A DNA stretch of 62,350 nt, taken from Eledone cirrhosa. Taxonomy: Eukaryota. Both the position numbers and the translations under genes were made by a program. Below, piece by piece: positions 60,656 to 62,350 of the stretch. The stretch's first letter is position 1. Every line of letters starts with the position of its first letter. Location: contig CAXHJY010001139.1 in assembly GCA_964016885.1 (NCBI GenBank), forward strand, positions 1 through 62,350, read 5' to 3'. Under the pieces are notes generated by a model. That model was not told the origin of the DNA. It ran no database searches and saw only the letters and a list, made by a program, of their open reading frames with translations.

Positions 60656-61048
60656 TATATATATACACACACACATATATATATATATATATTTTTTTTT
60701 TTACCGTTGGTCAGTCAAAGGTAAACATTGAGGACCGAATGAATTAACTGTGGAGATATAAACGATACAGAAGCCAAAACCCCCTAAAAAACAAACAACC
60801 AAACAGTGTGTTCTGTTATTATTTCTGGCAATATTATTACAACAATATGACCCTCCCCAAGTATAACAATATATATATATACATAAATTATAATGGGGTA
60901 CACACATACACACCTACCCACAAGCACACACACATGCAAACACAACCATTATTGTACACAGATTTATATCTCTGTACACATGCATACTTGAAAATGTTTA
61001 GCCTTCTGTCACAATAAAATGATATATACTCTCACACACACCCATATG

Positions 61049-61080
<32 letters not shown>

Positions 61081-61137
61081 TACACCTCGCTCTCTTTCCT
61101 TATAGATATATAGAGAGGGACTGTATGTGTATGTATG

Positions 61138-61171
<34 letters not shown>

Positions 61172-61177
<6 letters not shown>

Positions 61178-61587
61178 ATTAAATAAATGGAAACTATATT
61201 TATAAAACCATATTTATTTCATTATATATATTTCGGGGATATCATATTAACAATATGCTATGCCTTCCTCAGACAAAATACAATATAAACAGTTTTATAG
61301 ATAAAATAAACTGCCAGTTTAACCTCTTCAAATGCAAGTCGGTGTTATAACGGTATGTCGAATCTATTTATCTATAAAACTGTTTATATTGTATTTTGTC
61401 TGAGGAAGGCATAGCATATTGTTAATATGATATCCCCGAAATATATATAATGAAATAAATATGGTTTTATAAATATAGTTTCCATTTATTTAATATTGTA
61501 AATATACTCCAAATATTTGTCGAGTGCTTTTATATCAGTTATAAATATTTACTAGTTGTAACCCAACTATTTTAAATATAACTTTCC

Positions 61588-61590
<3 letters not shown>
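61172..61590 (+). mobile_element. Family C HHR element with near-identical ~135-bp inverted arms
   Basis: 61172-61305 is the reverse complement of ~61362-61500; (TA)n on both sides. Confidence 0.85.
61392..61457 (+). ncRNA. Type I hammerhead ribozyme (family C variant); identical inverted twin at 61215-61280 (-)
   Basis: tattttgt CTGAGGA aggcatagcatatt gtt aatatgatatcccc GAA atatatat A atgaaata. Stem II differs in sequence from the 26125 and 50186 copies but still pairs. Confidence 0.8.
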
Positions 61591-61621
<31 letters not shown>

Positions 61622-62350
61622 CATACAGAGACACACCACAGACAGGTGTATATTTGTATATATGAGATTGTATGTCCTTGTTTTTATATATATATATATA
61701 TATATATACGGATGTCTATATATAAAAACTATGTGTATATGTGTATATATATATATATACGGTGGGAGGGTGCTAAGTTGTGTTGAGTGGGTGTGTATAT
61801 ATACACAACTACGATACCATTGTCTAGAGTTGATGATGTATAACAATCACACATATTTCTAAGGTTTCTACAAACGTCTTAAACGATAAGCCACACTATT
61901 TGATAATCCTGACTGAAGATTACTGGTTTTCACACCTCCACCACCACCACCACCACCACAATCATCACCATCACCACCACCACCACCACCACCACCACAA
62001 CCACCACCATCATCACCATCACCACCACCACCACCACCACCATCATCACCATCACCACCACCATCATCACCACCACCACCACCACCACCACAACCACCAT
62101 CACCATCATCACCATCACCACCACAACCACCACCACAACCACCACCACCACAACCACCACCACCATCACCAACACAACCACCACCACCATCATCACCATC
62201 ACCAGCACCACCACCATCGCCACCACCCGCTCCTATCACCACCACCGCCACCGTCACGATCCTCCACACCTATCACCATCACCACCACCACCACCACCAT
62301 CTACTCTTATAACCATCACCACCACCACCACCACCATCTACTCTTATCAC

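Overview
AT-rich, microsatellite-saturated eukaryotic DNA. The SINE families and the (TA)n/(CA)n/(GA)n/(GATA)n density suggest an octopus or other coleoid cephalopod (inference). The only protein-coding gene I can support is the 5' part of a minus-strand SLC16/monocarboxylate-transporter-like MFS gene: three GT-AG coding exons at 22502-22235, 16114-15998 and 826-683, continuing off the left edge. The rest is tRNA-derived SINEs (Meta-like and CORE-like), LINE fragments (RTE, Tx1/L1-like, RLE-type), TcMar and hAT MITEs, and simple or tandem repeats. Nearly all tracked ORFs are microsatellite artefacts. The main discovery is a set of at least six sequence-unrelated families of short non-coding elements, most embedded in (TA)n tracts. 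They carry type I hammerhead ribozyme (HHR) folds (CUGAnGA...GAAA...UH). Many have a fold-back inverted copy of their own sequence, and several share a covarying ACTC/GAGT(RCT) stem downstream of the cleavage site. They look like a (TA)n-targeted Penelope-like pLTR/retrozyme system. Two of these ribozymes lie sense to the host pre-mRNA on either side of exon 2. All folds were paired by eye, and repeat boundaries are approximate.
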